Source of the DNA: Octopus sinensis
Lineage: Eukaryota
Assembly: GCF_006345805.1 (NCBI RefSeq)
Contig: NC_043010.1
Location: 26,722,001-26,786,000, forward strand
Direction: 5' to 3'
Length of the DNA: 64,000 bases
Numbering within the stretch: the stretch's first letter is position 1; every line of letters begins with the position of its first letter. The notes beneath the pieces were generated by a model. It was given only the letters and a program-made list of their open reading frames with translations. It was not told the DNA's origin and ran no database searches. The translations under genes were made by a program, and so were the position numbers. Positions 25,530 through 38,600 of the stretch are shown one piece after another.

Positions 25530-25994
25530 CAGTGGTTCTCGACTGGGGTCCACATGACCTTGGGTGGGGGTGGGGAGACCGTATAAGATTTTGTTGTTAA
25601 AATTTATCTGCAAGAAATTGGTTATACTTCTTGTTGCGGAAGTGACCAAGTGACCAAAGGTGGACTGACTCATTGTTATAAATTAAAGAACTGTGAGCAA
25701 TTGGCAGTTCCTGTTGGTAGCAGTTCTTCGATACAGAGCATTGAGTCTCGTGTAATAATAGTAGTAGTGCATCATGTATATACTTTCTCCCCCCACCTAC
25801 CAAACCCCCCTAATCCCCTTCCACTTATTCATATTATATCCAATACAAGGATATAAAACCTTCTGCAATACACAAAATAGCTTTTTTTTAAAAAATATGG
25901 TTCGTCATAATATTTAATTATAAGAATATAATAAGGCTTTTTTTAAAACATCGAATGAACCTGAAGATCTACCTAAGTAAAATAGAAATCACTG
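25530..25994 (+). mobile_element. Degenerate hAT-type MITE
   Basis: Starts cagtggttctcgactggggtcc; internal similarity to 56403-56995; right end degraded. Confidence 0.5.
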
Positions 25995-26660
25995 CTGTTA
26001 TACACTGCTGATCACAATGCGCTTCCTCACACCATTGTTGCTTTCAAATGATGCCTCCCCACTGGCTAAGCAGGCAGATAGGTAGGCAGGCAGGCCATGG
26101 ATGTAATGCCAGTCCATTGCAGGGTTGCTCATTTTAAAGTTTAGAGGACTGCAGCAATATGGAATAAAGAGTTTTGCTCAAGAACACAATGCTTTGCTAG
26201 TCTGGGAATTGAAACCAGGATTGCAAGACTGTGAGGGCAACACTCTAGCCACAAGGCTACATGCCTTCACACACACACACGCACACACTTTATATATTTT
26301 TTTGTCCAACCCATGCCGGCATGGAAAACAGACATTAAATAGTGATGACAATGATGGTGATGATATACACACACACACACATATCTTGTGAGCAACCAGA
26401 CTATCGAATGTTGTTACACATCATCGGTCACAATGCGCTTTGCATCATTTTAGCATTTGAATGATGCCACCCCACTGGCTAGACATGCAGGCCAATTTTC
26501 CCCCTGACCAAAAGGCTAGTCCGTTCGAAGGTTGCCCATTTACAGCTGAGTGGGACTGGAGCAATGTGAAATGGAGTGCTTTGCAATCAGCCTGGGAATT
26601 GAAACAGCAATGGCGAGATTGTGAGTGCAACACTCCTAACCACCTGGCCACAAACCTTTC
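25995..26660 (-). mobile_element. SINE-D-like fragments
   Basis: gttttgctcaagaacacaatg...gggaattgaaacc and cagctgagtgggactggagcaatgtgaaat are rc of SINE-D head/core. Confidence 0.55.
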
Positions 26661-27104
26661 TACACACACACACACATATATACATGTGTGTTTGTGTTTG
26701 TATAAGACAAGTGGGTGGTGTTTCTGAGGTGGAGACAACAGTGAAGAGAAGTGTAAGATGTCTATTTGACATTGTCACGATTCTGATGTTTACAGTTAAT
26801 GGCAAAAGTTTGTATCTGTTGGCATGTTTAAGAGGGTCTGAGAGAGAAGAAAAAAAAATTGCAATTAAAAATGAAGCTATAGAAACCGAAATATGCCCAT
26901 TCCATTGAAAATGCTAACTGACGCAACCAAAGTGTTGTTGAACTTTGGAATATATTGTAATCAACTAATTTATATTTATTTTATATTATCTTGTTTACAT
27001 AATGATAAGATATAATTAACCGACCACAACTGGAAAAAATTCAACTTCAACAAAACAAAAAGAAAATATATTTTAACCTATTTTAAAGAAATTTTCTTCT
27101 AACT

Positions 27105-27240
27105 ATGATGGTCTCTCAGACTCTCTCTTTCTCTATCTGTTTCTCTCTCTCTCTCTGTATCTCTCTCTCTCTGTATCTCTCTCTCTCTGTATCTCTCTCT
27201 CTCTGTATCTCTCTCTCTCTTTCTCTCTCTCTTCTCTCTC

Positions 27241-27282
<42 letters not shown>

Positions 27283-27290
27283 ATCTCTGT
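27105..27290. repeat. (CT)n / ctctctgtat compound repeat
   Basis: Directly visible. Confidence 0.9.
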
Positions 27291-27534
27291 TTCTTTCTAA
27301 TCACACTTCATCATCTTCAAAAGCAAATAGAAAAGTTACATCAGATAATGTAGCCCTAGGTATGCAATGCCTAAGAGAAGGACAGGATGATCATACCTGA
27401 AATGTCTTTCGCTATTGGCCTGGAGGTAATAGCCATTGTACCATAAGCACAAGGCCTGAAATTTTACAGAAGGCGAGGGGCTAGTTGACTACCCCCACCC
27501 CCTGTGTTCTCCTGGTATTTATTTTATCCACTGG

Positions 27535-28130
27535 CACTCCATCAGTTACAACGATGGGGAGCGTTCCAGTTGATCCGATCAATGGAACAGCCTGCTCATG
27601 AAATTAATTGACATGCAATCATTCGAGCGTGATCGTGACCTGCGTCACCTTACTGGCATTTGTACTGGTAGCACATGAAAAAACATTCAAGCAAGGTCGT
27701 TGCAAGTGCCACTGAACTGGCTCCTGTGCAGGTGGCACATAAAAAGCACCATTTGAGCATGGCCATTGCCAGTACTGCCTGACTGGCCCTCGTGCCTGTG
27801 GCACATTAAAGCACCCACTACACTCTTGGCTTGGTTGGCATTAGGAAGGGCATCCAGCTGTAGAAACTCTGCCAGATCAGATTGGAGTCTGGTGCAGCCA
27901 TCTGGTTTGCCAGACCTCAGTCAAATCATCCAACTTATGCTAGCATGGAAAGCGGACGTTAAACGGTGATGATGATGATGATGATGCAAGTGGCTGAGCA
28001 CTCCATAGACACACGCACCCTTAATGTAGTTCTCAGGGAGATTCAATGTGACACAGAATGTGACAATGTTGGCTCCTTTGACAGGTGCAACTAATTTTTG
28101 CCAGCTGAGTGAACAGGAGTGAAGTAAGAT
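27535..28130 (-). mobile_element. SINE-D (minus) interrupted by an RTE-3p insertion (plus, about 27620-27985)
   Basis: The SINE-D body breaks at atgcaa and resumes atgcaagtggctgagc after the (GAT)n tail of the inserted piece. Confidence 0.7.
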
Positions 28131-29000
28131 GATGTGTATTTTATGAACATTACGAAGATGAAAGGTAAAGCCGACCTCGGTGGAATTTGAACTCAGAACA
28201 TAAAGACCGACGAAATGCCACTAAGCATTTTGTCTGGTATGCTGACAACAAGGTTAAAAAATTCCTGATATACAAAACAGGATGTGATGGTCATGGCTGG
28301 AATGTCTTTCATTATTGGCTTTGTGGTAATATAAGCAACAACGAGATCACATTTAACATTGTAGTCCCTGGTATACAAAAAGATGTAGTTGTTGTGGCTG
28401 GAGTGTCTTTGAAGGTATGTATGCTCTGTCAGGTCTGACTAGGGTTAAACAACAGCAACAATAGCAACAACAACAACAACAACAACAACAGTTGTGGTGA
28501 TAGCAGAACAAGAAGACAATGGAATACGATGAGTAATAAATTATATATATCTTATATTATCATTTCAAAATAAAAGTAGGATTTAAAAAGCTAACAAAAA
28601 ATGTAATAAATAGTAATAAAATAGAATGAAATATTAATTATTCATTCTAATTTTGGCACAGAGACATTGATTTTGAGGGAAGGGGGAAATCGATTATGTC
28701 AATCCCAGTGCTCAAATGGTACTTGTATTTATTGATCCCAAAAGGGTGAAAGGTAAAGTCAGCCTTGGCAGAATTTAAACTCAGAACATGGGAGAAGTAC
28801 TACCAAGCTTTCTTTTTTTTTTTGTCTGGTGTGTTAACAGGTTGTAATACTGGTTTTAAATTTTGGCACAAGGCCAGGAATTATGACGGTGGAGGGGGGA
28901 GTCAATTACATCGACCCCAGTGCTCAGCTATTGCCAATTTTATCGACCCCCCCCCCACCAAACGATGAAAGGTGCAAAGTCGACCTCAGTGGAATTTAAC
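28130..29000 (-). mobile_element. Three SINE-B fragments (about 28130-28250, 28650-28800, 28855-29000)
   Basis: gaaaggtaaagccgacctcggtggaatttgaactcagaac and variants. Confidence 0.7.
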
Positions 29001-29589
29001 AAGTTGTAATATCAACATCTTGTAATTTATATCAAGAAGTGATGACCCAACAAACATGACAAAATGAATGAGCTAACAAGGGAACCTTGAGGAGATTGTC
29101 TTTCTAGAAATAGCAGCCAAATCTCCATCTCCCTCTAATCACACCCTGCTGTGATTAGATTAGATTTCACAATATTGGAATGATGCATTAAATAATGTAG
29201 GAATGACATATCGAATAATCTAGCCCCGGATATACAAACTCACTCCCTCCCTTCCTTCCTTCCTTCCTACCCCCATCCTTCCTTCCTACCCCTCCCTTCC
29301 TTCCTTCCTACCTCCCTTCCTTCCTTCCTACCCCTCCTTCCTTCCTTCTTATCCTTTTACTGTTTGGTCATCAAGGTGTTTGTTGATGGCATTGTAACCA
29401 GATTTCGCCACTTCCTTCAGTATTCTGAGACCTTTTGTGAGTTGGTGAAATTAAGGCATTCTTTGATGTTAACCTGGGTGACATACCGATACAATATGGG
29501 TTTCGAGTTGGTTGTTCGTCATGAGGAATGCATCATGGGCAAGTTAGCTTGGCAGCACCCATTCCTGTCCAAGCCATTAGCCACAACAG

Positions 29590-29826
29590 TATGTTTCAAC
29601 TTGAGATAATGCACATTATTTACATTATTTACATTTGACGGGTATTTGTACTCATCTTGTTTGTTGTTAACACCACTTTTCGGCTGATCCTCTTTCAAAC
29701 CCTAATCTCTCACTTGATGGCTCCTAGTGCCACACCCCTGTACCCTACTTCAGCTGGTTGGCTAAACCTTCATCAGGTATCCTGGGAAAATTTTGAACCT
29801 GGGTTCTCATTCCTAAGGTATTTTTC
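29590..29826 (-). mobile_element. SINE-E tail with hammerhead-like core, carrying an 85-bp insertion
   Basis: rc gaaaaataccttaggaatgagaacccagg...ctgatgaagg[85 bp]ccgaaaagtggtgttaacaacaaacaagatgag...aaataatgtaaataatg; homologous to 33868-34055 and 54405-54545. Confidence 0.8.
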
Positions 29827-29881
29827 ATCGTCGTTGTCGCCACCACCACTGCCACCGCCACTGCTGTTGTTGTTGTAGTTC

Positions 29882-29984
29882 AAGCATATGGTATAGTGGT
29901 TAAGAGCGCAGGCTACTAACCCCAAGATTCTGAGTTCGATCCCAGGCAGAGATCTGAATAACAATAATAATGATAATAATAATA
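29882..29984 (+). mobile_element. SINE-E tRNA-derived head and (TAA)n
   Basis: A-box tggtatagtgg (29889-99), B-box gagttcgatcc (29932-42), then aataacaataataatgataa. Confidence 0.7.
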
Positions 29985-32900
29985 GAGCCACTCAGAGCTC
30001 AAAAATGATAACATTATCGTAGCACCAAAATGTTTTTGGAAACTAAAAGGAAAACTAAATCAGTATACCAAATCGCTTGTCCTATGGTTAATCTGGAAGC
30101 GCGTCCCCCAGGAAAGAGCCAGCCTGGGATCGAAAAGTCATCAACTGGCACAAACTCTTCTCCGAATACGGACATGGATGGTCACTTGAATGGGAAATTC
30201 CCCAACTCAAGCCCTCCAAGTTCACCACCACAACCACCACAGAAAGAAAACTGTAAGCGGAACAAATGGACCCGAGAAGAGTATAAAGGAGTAATATACG
30301 CTTATTACTATGCATTAGGTAGGCCATCTCAAGAGTGACACACCACAAACTCTTACAGTATATGGCGAACACGGAATCAAGACAGTAGACCCTATTTGGG
30401 CGAGAACAAATTGGCAAATGTGAGGAAGGATATCCTAAGAAATAACAGACTCACAGACAATGAAATAAGCGCGATCAAGCACACTACGGAAAATGACATA
30501 AATATAAGACACAAAGGAAATGAAGAATCAGATGAACAGAATAGCCCGCGATGAGGCTTAATTGAAAGACTGCCATCTGACCAAAGCACGCAAAGGCCTA
30601 AAGATACAAGAAATTCTATTGAACCTGTTAAAGATAGTCAGGAAAATGATAAAACAACAGTAACTGAAGATCTCACATTTGCTGAAGAACACAGAGAGTC
30701 TAAGGCAGAAATGAGGCAGAAAATCCTGAATACGCTTGAAGTTGTAAGACATACAAGTATGAATGATAGAGAACCACTTCATAAACTCTCAAATACAAAC
30801 CAAAATAAAAAACAAATCAAAATTGGCAACTATGTAACAAATGAAATTAAAACCTGATTTTACTGAGTTAAATGAAATTATTTACGCTTCTGCTAGGGCA
30901 ACTGAAACCAGCTGTATGCCCCCGAAAAAACAAAGAAAACCAAACCTGGAGAAGTAAAATTGAAAAAGAGATTGAATTTATGAGAGGGGAAATATCAATA
31001 TTAAATGAACTAATATGTGGAAATGATGTAAGATCCAGAACAGGAAGAAAGATGAAGAGAAAATTTGGATCCTCACCAAGAGAAGAACTGATATCAATAA
31101 AAGAAACGCTGAAACAAAAAGTCCAAGCAAAAGCTCAAATAAATACGAAGATTTGAGAAGAGAAACAAGTTTTACAAGCAAAATAAGCTGTTCACATCCA
31201 ATGCCAAAAAATTCTACTGAGAAATAGGGAAGGAGAAAGTAACCGTTAAAGACCCCCCTCCCATGGAAGAAGTTCAAAACTTTTGGAAAAGGATTTGGAG
31301 TGACGAGAAGACATACAACATAAATGCAGACTGGATTATACAAACAGAAGGATCCTACCAAAATTTACAACAAGCATGGGAAGTCATCACAATAGCAGAC
31401 CTAAGAAAGGCACTCACGAAGGCCCATAATTGGAAATCCCCCGGTAAAGATAGGATGCTGAATTTCTGGCTCTCATCGCTCCCATGCGCACACGGTAAGC
31501 TAGTTCAGCTGCTCAATGGAATTATGAGAGAACCAAAGAAAACACCTGAATGGTTAGCAAGTGGTATTACTTACCTACTCCCAAAGAATAATGAAACCAA
31601 ACTTCCAAAAAACTATTGGCCTATAACCTGTTTATCCACCACGTATAAAATCCTAAGATCTATCCTGGCGGAGAAAACATATGCATTCATGGAGAAGAAC
31701 GGTATTTTCCCCATTGAACAAAAAGGGTGCCGCTGAGGCTCATACGGATGCAAAGATCAACTGCTAATTAATCGTATGATCCTTGAGAACTGTCACAAGT
31801 GCAAAAATCTCAGCTCCGCATGGATTGACTATAAAAAGGCCTTCGACAGTATACTGCATTCATGGATCTTGAAATCACTGGACATCTTCAAAGTTTCCTC
31901 TGTGATTTCAAGCTTCCTGAAGCATAATATATCGTTGTGGAATACGAATCTCCAATTATACCACTCTATTGGAGTACTTGCCTCAGAGAATATAAACATC
32001 AACTGTGGCATTTTTCAAGGTGACTCACTTTCACCTCTAATATTCTGCATAGCCTTAATACCCCTTACAAGTGAATTAAACAGAACAGGGCATGGGTATA
32101 AAATTGTCAATTAAAAAATAAGCCGTCTATTTTATATGGATGACTTAAAACTCTATGGTAAAGACAATAATGAACTTGAAGGCCTATTGCGCACTGTGAA
32201 AGCATTCAGTCATGACATCGGGATGGAGTTTGGGCTTGAGAAGTGTGCCAAGGCCACTTTCCAGAAAGGGAAAGTGAAGACCACAAATTCAGTCGTGTTA
32301 GATGTTGACACAGTCATAAGAGAGCTTGAGCAAGAACAAACCTACAAATATTTAGGGATAAATGAAGGCTCTGGTATTCAGCATGCAAGCATGAAAGAGA
32401 AGATCAGGAAGGAATGTTATAGGAGAGTTCAAGCAGTCCTGAAATCTGAACTAAATGCACGTAACAAGGTGTTAGCTATAAATTCCTTAGCAGTTCCAGT
32501 TGTTACTTATAGCTACAATGTGTTGAACTGGAATATGAGTGAAGTAAAGAAAATAGATAGGAAAATACGCAAGCTGCTGAGTTGTAATAGGATGCACCAC
32601 CCAAAGGCAGATGTAGATCGCCTTTACTTCCCCAGAGCCCAAGGAGGTCAAGGCCTGATCCAATTTGAACTAGCTTACAAAACAACCACAATTGGACTGG
32701 CCAAATATCTTGAAATAACGAATGACTGGATGCTAAAGCTTGTGGAAAATCACGAGAGACGAAAGAAGCTATTGATCTCGTGCAGGATACCCAAACTGAA
32801 CAACCCGAGGGAAGTACAGCAACTATTGTTGCAAAGAAGGTGAAAATAATGGCAACGAAAAAAGCACACGGGCAATTGGCTGATAGGTGGGAGGAGAAAC

Positions 32901-33828
32901 CTCTGCACGGCAAATACGTGGCCCGTAGCAAACAAGCTGATGTTGACCAGAAGCAAACCCATCAGTGGCTATGGAGCTCAGGGCTAAAAGCAGAGAGTGA
33001 AGGTTTCATCCTGGCTGCTCAAGATCAAAGCCTATTAACCCAGAACTACCAGGCCAATGTGATGAAAAATGGAGCAGACCCAAAATGCCAATTCTGCAAC
33101 GACATGATTGAAACAGTGGACCACCTATCTCTGGATGTAAAGTCTTAGCACCAGTGGAGTATAAATTAAGACATGACAGAGTTGGCCAATATCTACACTG
33201 GCTAATAAGTCAGCATTACAATATCAAAACTGCCGACAAGTTGTATAATCACCACCCTGAAGCTGTAACTGAAGGAGAAAATGTAATGATTCTGTGGGAC
33301 TTTCTAGTACATACAGACCAAACCATCAAAGCCAATAAACCGGATATTGTTGTGAAAGACCAAAACAATAAAGTTTGCTTATTGATCGACATGAGCATCC
33401 CCTGTGATCATAATATCTCGGCGAAAGAATTTGACAAGCTCAGAAAATATAAAGACCTGCTCATTGAAATTGAGAAAATGTGGCATCTCAAGGCGGTTAC
33501 AATACCAGTGATCGTAGGAGCACTAGGAATGATCAAGAAGGGAACCGAAAATTATATGAGAATGATCCCTGGCTTACCATCCCTGCAAGAAGTGCAAAAG
33601 ATTGTCTTAACTGGTACATCACATGTATTGAGAAGAGCATTGTCGATGTGAGAACTATTACTACCCATGTATTTTAATTTAACTTTATTTCTATCAAAAA
33701 AAAAAAAAGAACGAACTAGTGAGTTTAGTTTAATGGCCTACCAATGTATACTATGAGTTTCTGCCCTAGGAGTCGGGAAGACACTCGGCAAGAAATGGAA
33801 GCAAATTTGAAAGAAGAAGAAAAGCCCA
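29985..33828 (+). mobile_element. Near full-length Dong/R4-clade RLE non-LTR retrotransposon in a (TAA)n target
   Basis: N-terminal Myb-like RNKWTREE; RT (NWKSPG, AWIDYKKAFDS, GIFQGDSLSP, MDDLKLY); C..C zinc knuckle, RHD, KPDIVV...LIDMS nuclease, IPVIVGALG; (TAA)n on both sides. Confidence 0.93.
30030..33651 (+). pseudogene. Dong/R4 ORF (Myb-like, RT, zinc knuckle, RLE), frameshifted
   Basis: Collinear ORF pieces starting at 30030, 30872, 31263, 31776, 32136, 32780 and 33154. Confidence 0.9.
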
Positions 33829-33867
33829 TAAATAATAATAACAATAATAATAATAATAATAATGATA

Positions 33868-34055
33868 ACATTGAAAAATAACTTAAGAATGAGAAACCAG
33901 GTTCAAAATTTCCCCAAGACACCTGATAAAGGGTGGATGGTATATCAGCTGAAACGTGTTAACAACAAACAACAAGATGAGTACAAATATCGTTTAAAGT
34001 AAATAATGTAAATAATGTACATAATTCCTCATCTCTTAAATATAGAATTGAGATA
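33868..34055 (+). mobile_element. SINE-E tail (continuation of the head at 29882)
   Basis: cattgaaaaataacttaagaatgagaaaccagg...gacacctgataaag...tcagctgaaacgtgtt...aaataatgtaaataatg. Confidence 0.78.
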
Positions 34056-34069
34056 ATGCGTTGACCCTG

Positions 34070-34360
34070 ACACTAGGTTGTTGACCTGAGCAGGTAGGTT
34101 TCTCTGCCCTGATTGGTGATTCCATTGGAAGCCTTACGCAGAGTCTTTCACCAACTGGTACAGGAGTAACAGTATCCCCTCACTTGGTTTAGCCAACCAG
34201 CTGAAGTAGGGTACAGGGGTGTGGCACTAGGAGCCATCAAGTGAGAGATTAGGGTTTGAAAGAGGATCAGTGGTGCCTCTCCATGTGACCGTCCCTCGCA
34301 AGGTGCAGCTGCTAAACACCAAAAGTACTACCTCCAGTTAGAGACCCTTACACCCACACC
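34070..34360. mobile_element. Unclassified repeat fragment, possibly a LINE 5' UTR
   Basis: GC-richer non-coding block that contains the donor of the 85-bp insertion; the family assignment is a guess. Confidence 0.3.
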
Positions 34361-34519
34361 CTATATATAAGCTATATCTGAATAAATGATGTGGTTGATA
34401 GGAGTAGAACACATTTGATCCTAGCTGTGCAGGGATCAAATTTAACCTTAGTCTAAACAACAACAACAACAATAACAACAACAACAGCAATAGCCTTTAA
34501 AAGAACAACAACACCATCA

Positions 34520-34680
34520 TCATTATCGTTTAATGTCTGTTTCCATGCTGGCATGGGTTGGACGGTTTGACTGATGTCTGGGAAGCCAGGGGGCTGCACC
34601 AGGCCCCAATCTGATCTCGCAATGTTTCTACAGCTGGATGCCCTTCATAATGCCAACCACTCTGAGAGTGTAGTAGGTGC
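34520..34680 (-). mobile_element. RTE-3p fragment
   Basis: catcattatcgtttaatgtctgtttccatgctggcatggg...ggatgcccttc. Confidence 0.75.
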
Positions 34681-34974
34681 TGGAAAAAGAAAAGATAGAT
34701 AAAAATACAACAAATAGCAATGCAAAGACAAAAGTAAAACAAAATGTTTATTTTAGATCTTCACCTTCATCCACCCCCTTCACCTTTCAAAAGTACCAAT
34801 TGTCATCTTTAGATTCTTAAACTTGATGCCACCACATGTCAGAAGATGCCAAAGAAAACATCTTCAGCAATTAAAACTGTAACAGATTAATTTCTGAGAC
34901 ACTCAAAGCACATGTGGCTGTGTCTTAAGTGAGTAATGATTGGTTTTTCTACAAAAAAAAACAAATAAATAGGT

Positions 34975-35133
34975 GCAGACGTGGCTGTGTGGTAAGAAGC
35001 TTGCTTCCCAACCACATGGTTCCTGGTTCAATCTCACTGCATGACACCCTGGGCAAGTGTCTTCTGCTATATCCTCAAGCCAACCAAAGCCTTATGAGTG
35101 GATTTCGTAGATGGAAACTGAAAGAAGACTGTC

Positions 35134-35224
<91 letters not shown>

Positions 35225-35790
35225 ACAAATATATATATATATGTGTGTATATGCATGTGTGTGTCTATGTTTGTCCCCCTGCCATCTCTTGACAACAGAT
35301 GCTGGTGCGTTTACATCCCTGTAACTTAGTGGTTCGGCAAAAGGGATTGATAGAATAACTACTAGGCTTACAAAGAATAAGTGCTGAAGTCTATTTGTTC
35401 AATTAAAGGCAGTACTCCAGCTTGGCCACAGTCAAATGATAAACAAATAGAAGGATAAGAATAATAAATAAATAGGAGTGGGCATGGCTGTATGGTAAGA
35501 AGTCGGTTTCCCAAACTCATGGTTCCAGGTTCAGTCCCACTGTGTGGCACCTTGGACAAGTGTCTTCTACTTTAGCCTCAGGCTGACCAAAGCCTTGTGA
35601 GTGCATTTGGTAGATGGAAACTGAAAGAAGCCTGTCATATATGTGTGTGTGTCTGAGTGTATTTGTGTTGGTGTTTGTCCACCACCACCTCTTGATAACC
35701 AGTGTTGGTGTGTTTATGTCCCATTAACTTAGGTGTTCGGCAAAAGAGACCGATGGTATAAGCACCAGGCTTTCAAAAAGAAAACAAGTA
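34975..35790 (+). mobile_element. Two tandem SINE-A copies
   Basis: Head, microsatellite and tail at about 34975-35465, and again at about 35480-35790. Confidence 0.82.
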
Positions 35791-35807
35791 CCAGGGTGAG
35801 TTGATTT

Positions 35808-35839
<32 letters not shown>

Positions 35840-36069
35840 TTAACGTCCGTTTTCCACGCTAGATAGTGGGTTTCTATCTCTCCATCATGTCTGGGCTGTT
35901 GCTCGTTCAATAAACTGGGGCACCTTTACCTTAGCTTAGTATACAAGTGAGGTTGGTGACAAGAGAATCATTCAACCACAAGGAACAAAGACAGCTTACC
36001 CCCACCCCACCCCAGCCCCAACACAGCTTGACTGATCCATCCAAGCATGGAAAAGCAAACATTAAAATA

Positions 36070-36380
36070 ATGATGGTGGTGAAGACGGAGAGAACAATGA
36101 TGATGATGAGGAGGAGGAGGGGGAGGAAATGATTAAGACAGTGATGACAATGAAGTTGATGAGGAAGTGGGGGAGGACAACGATGATGATGATGGCAATG
36201 ATGATGATGGTTATGATTATGATGACAATGATGATGATGGTGAGGTTGAAGAATACGATTGTGATGATGATTATGATGATGACAACAATGTTGATGATGA
36301 CAACAATGATGACAACAATGATGATGATGGTGATGATGATGATGATGACGCTGATGCTGATGCTGATTAGGCTGATGACA
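36070..36380. repeat. Degenerate (GAT)n tract
   Basis: Directly visible. Confidence 0.9.
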
Positions 36381-36844
36381 TGGTATGTGGGGAAGTAGAA
36401 CTCCCAGTTCCTACAAGTAAAACACTGATATGGCCTATTCTGACTGCAGGAAGATAGCTGCAGATATCTTCTGGCTTAATTCACAGTGTGGTCGCCTCTA
36501 ATCCGATATATTGAGACTCGAATCCTGTGGGAAAGATTCTTCATTTTCTGGTCAGATCAGTTCCTGTACATGGAGCATATCATTTAGATTAAAAATCTCA
36601 AAATGTTAATTATATACGCTTCACATTAACTTCTCTTAACTCAAAATATGAAAAATAAAAAAAAGCATAAATAAGTAAATAAATAAAAAAAGATATTTTT
36701 CCCTGATAGCACTCAATGAATAATTTATAAATTAACTGTTGCTATGACAACAATATCTACAAGAAGGAAATAAATGCATGACAGAATTGTGGGAATCTTG
36801 AATATATCAGGCAGAATAAGTATGCAGTCTATCACCTGAATGTA

Positions 36845-37850
36845 AAGTGGCAGAATGGTTACATTCCAGGCAAAATGCTGAGCGGTATTTCATGTCATTA
36901 TGTTTTGAGTTCAAATTCCGCTGAGGTCAACATTGCCTTTTATCTTTTTGGGGTTAATAAAGTAAATATCCTTTTCTACTCTACGCACAAGGCCCAAAAT
37001 CTTGGGAGAGGGAGCCAGTTGATTAGATCAACCCCAGTATGCAACTGGTACTTAATTTGTCGACCCTGAAAGGATGAAAGGCAAAGTCGACCTCAGCAGA
37101 ATTTGAACTCAGAATGTAAGGACAGACGAAATACTGCTAAGCATTCTGCCTGGCATGCTAACATTTCTTATTTCTTTATTGCCCACAAGGGGCTAAACAT
37201 AGAGGGGACAAACAAGGACAGACAAAGGGATTAAGTCGATTGTATTGACCCCAGTGCATAACTGGTATTTAATTTATCAATCCTGAAAGGATGAAAGGCA
37301 AAGTCAGCCTCAGCAAAATTTGAACTCAGAACGTGGGACAAACAAGGACAGACAAAGGGATTAAGTTGATTACATCGACCCCAGTGCATAACTGGTACTT
37401 AATTTATTGAACCCCGAAAGGATGAAAGGCAAAGTCGACCTCGGTGGAATTTGAACTCAGAACGTAACGGCAGATGCATTTCGTCCAGCATGCTAATGTT
37501 TCTACCAGCTCACCACCTTTCAGTAGTCAAATATTCTTTTTTACTCAAAGTGCAAAGCCCGAAATATTGGGGGAGAGGGCCAGTCAATTAGATCAACCCC
37601 AGTATGCAACTTATCAAATTTATCGACCCCAAAAGGAGGAAAGGCAAAGTTGACCTTGGCTGAATTTGAACTCAGAACATAAAGACAGACGAAATACCGC
37701 TAAGCATTTCACCTGGCATGCTAACGATTCAGCCAGTTTGCCGCCTTCATAAAATAAATATCAGTTGAACATTGGGGTCTATGTAATCAACTTGCCCCTA
37801 CCCTCTCCCCCAAACTTGCTGGCTTTGTCCCAAAATTCAAAACCAAAATA
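36845..37850. mobile_element. Cluster of about five SINE-B copies (one plus, the rest minus, head-to-tail)
   Basis: ggatgaaaggcaaagtc...gaatttgaactcagaa recurs at about 37070, 37290, 37420 and 37635; plus copy at 36850-36965. Confidence 0.85.
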
Positions 37851-38269
37851 TCACCTTAATCTGGGATCGTTGGGGATGCCTCTCATTAGCTTGAAAGATA
37901 ATAAGACTGAATAATTTTTTCCAAGTGGCAGGAGATGCAATTTGAACTCACAATGCTCGTGACTAGAACAGGTACCAGGAGGCATGCTGCCTGATGCTAA
38001 AGCATTGGCATCAATCCACTAGCTTTGACTAAAACTATGATTTCTATTCTGTAAAGGATAAAATGCATATGTGGCATTGACAGGATTTGATCTCTGAAGC
38101 TAAGTGTTGAGAGCTAGAGCAGGCCATATATTACATGGTCCAATTGATGACTCTGATGGGTCACATATACATACATACATACATGCATATATACACACAC
38201 ACACGCACACACACACACATGCGCACATACATACAAATAAGCATGCACACACTTACATACCATGCCAAC

Positions 38270-38600
38270 TGAAGCCTGGGGCAGCTTTCCAGCTGACAAG
38301 CTACTGTCAAACCATCCAACCCATGCTAGCATGGAAAACAGACATTGAATACTGTTGATGATGATTACACACACACAGACACACACACACACATGTGTGT
38401 ATCATCATTATCATTTAATATCTGTTGTCCATGCTGGCATGGGTTGGACAGTTGACCGAAAACTGGGAAGCCGGGGAGCTGCACCAGGTTTCAACCTGAT
38501 TTGGCAAGGCTTCTATGGCTGGATGGCCTTCCTAAAGCCAATCACTTCAAGAGTGTATTGGATACTATTTACATGCCACTGGCATGGGTGCCATTCATGT
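38270..38600. mobile_element. Two RTE-3p ends in opposite orientation
   Basis: Plus end at 38270-38365 (aacccatgctagcatggaaaac); minus end from 38405. Confidence 0.65.

Noticed and set aside
28270-28420. Possible exon ending at a strong donor (aag/gtatgt near 28413)
   Set aside because: The open frame (CDGHGWNVFHYW...) resembles nothing I recognise, it contains an internal duplication, and there are no partner exons. RNA-seq is needed.
29886-29948. Possible tRNA gene
   Set aside because: A and B boxes are present but I could not form an acceptor stem; it runs into (TAA)n and is better explained as a SINE head. tRNAscan-SE would settle it.
29985-30200. Possible HDV-like ribozyme at the Dong 5' end
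   Set aside because: Only a small gagc/gctc hairpin was found and I could not build the double pseudoknot by eye; an HDV descriptor search would be decisive.
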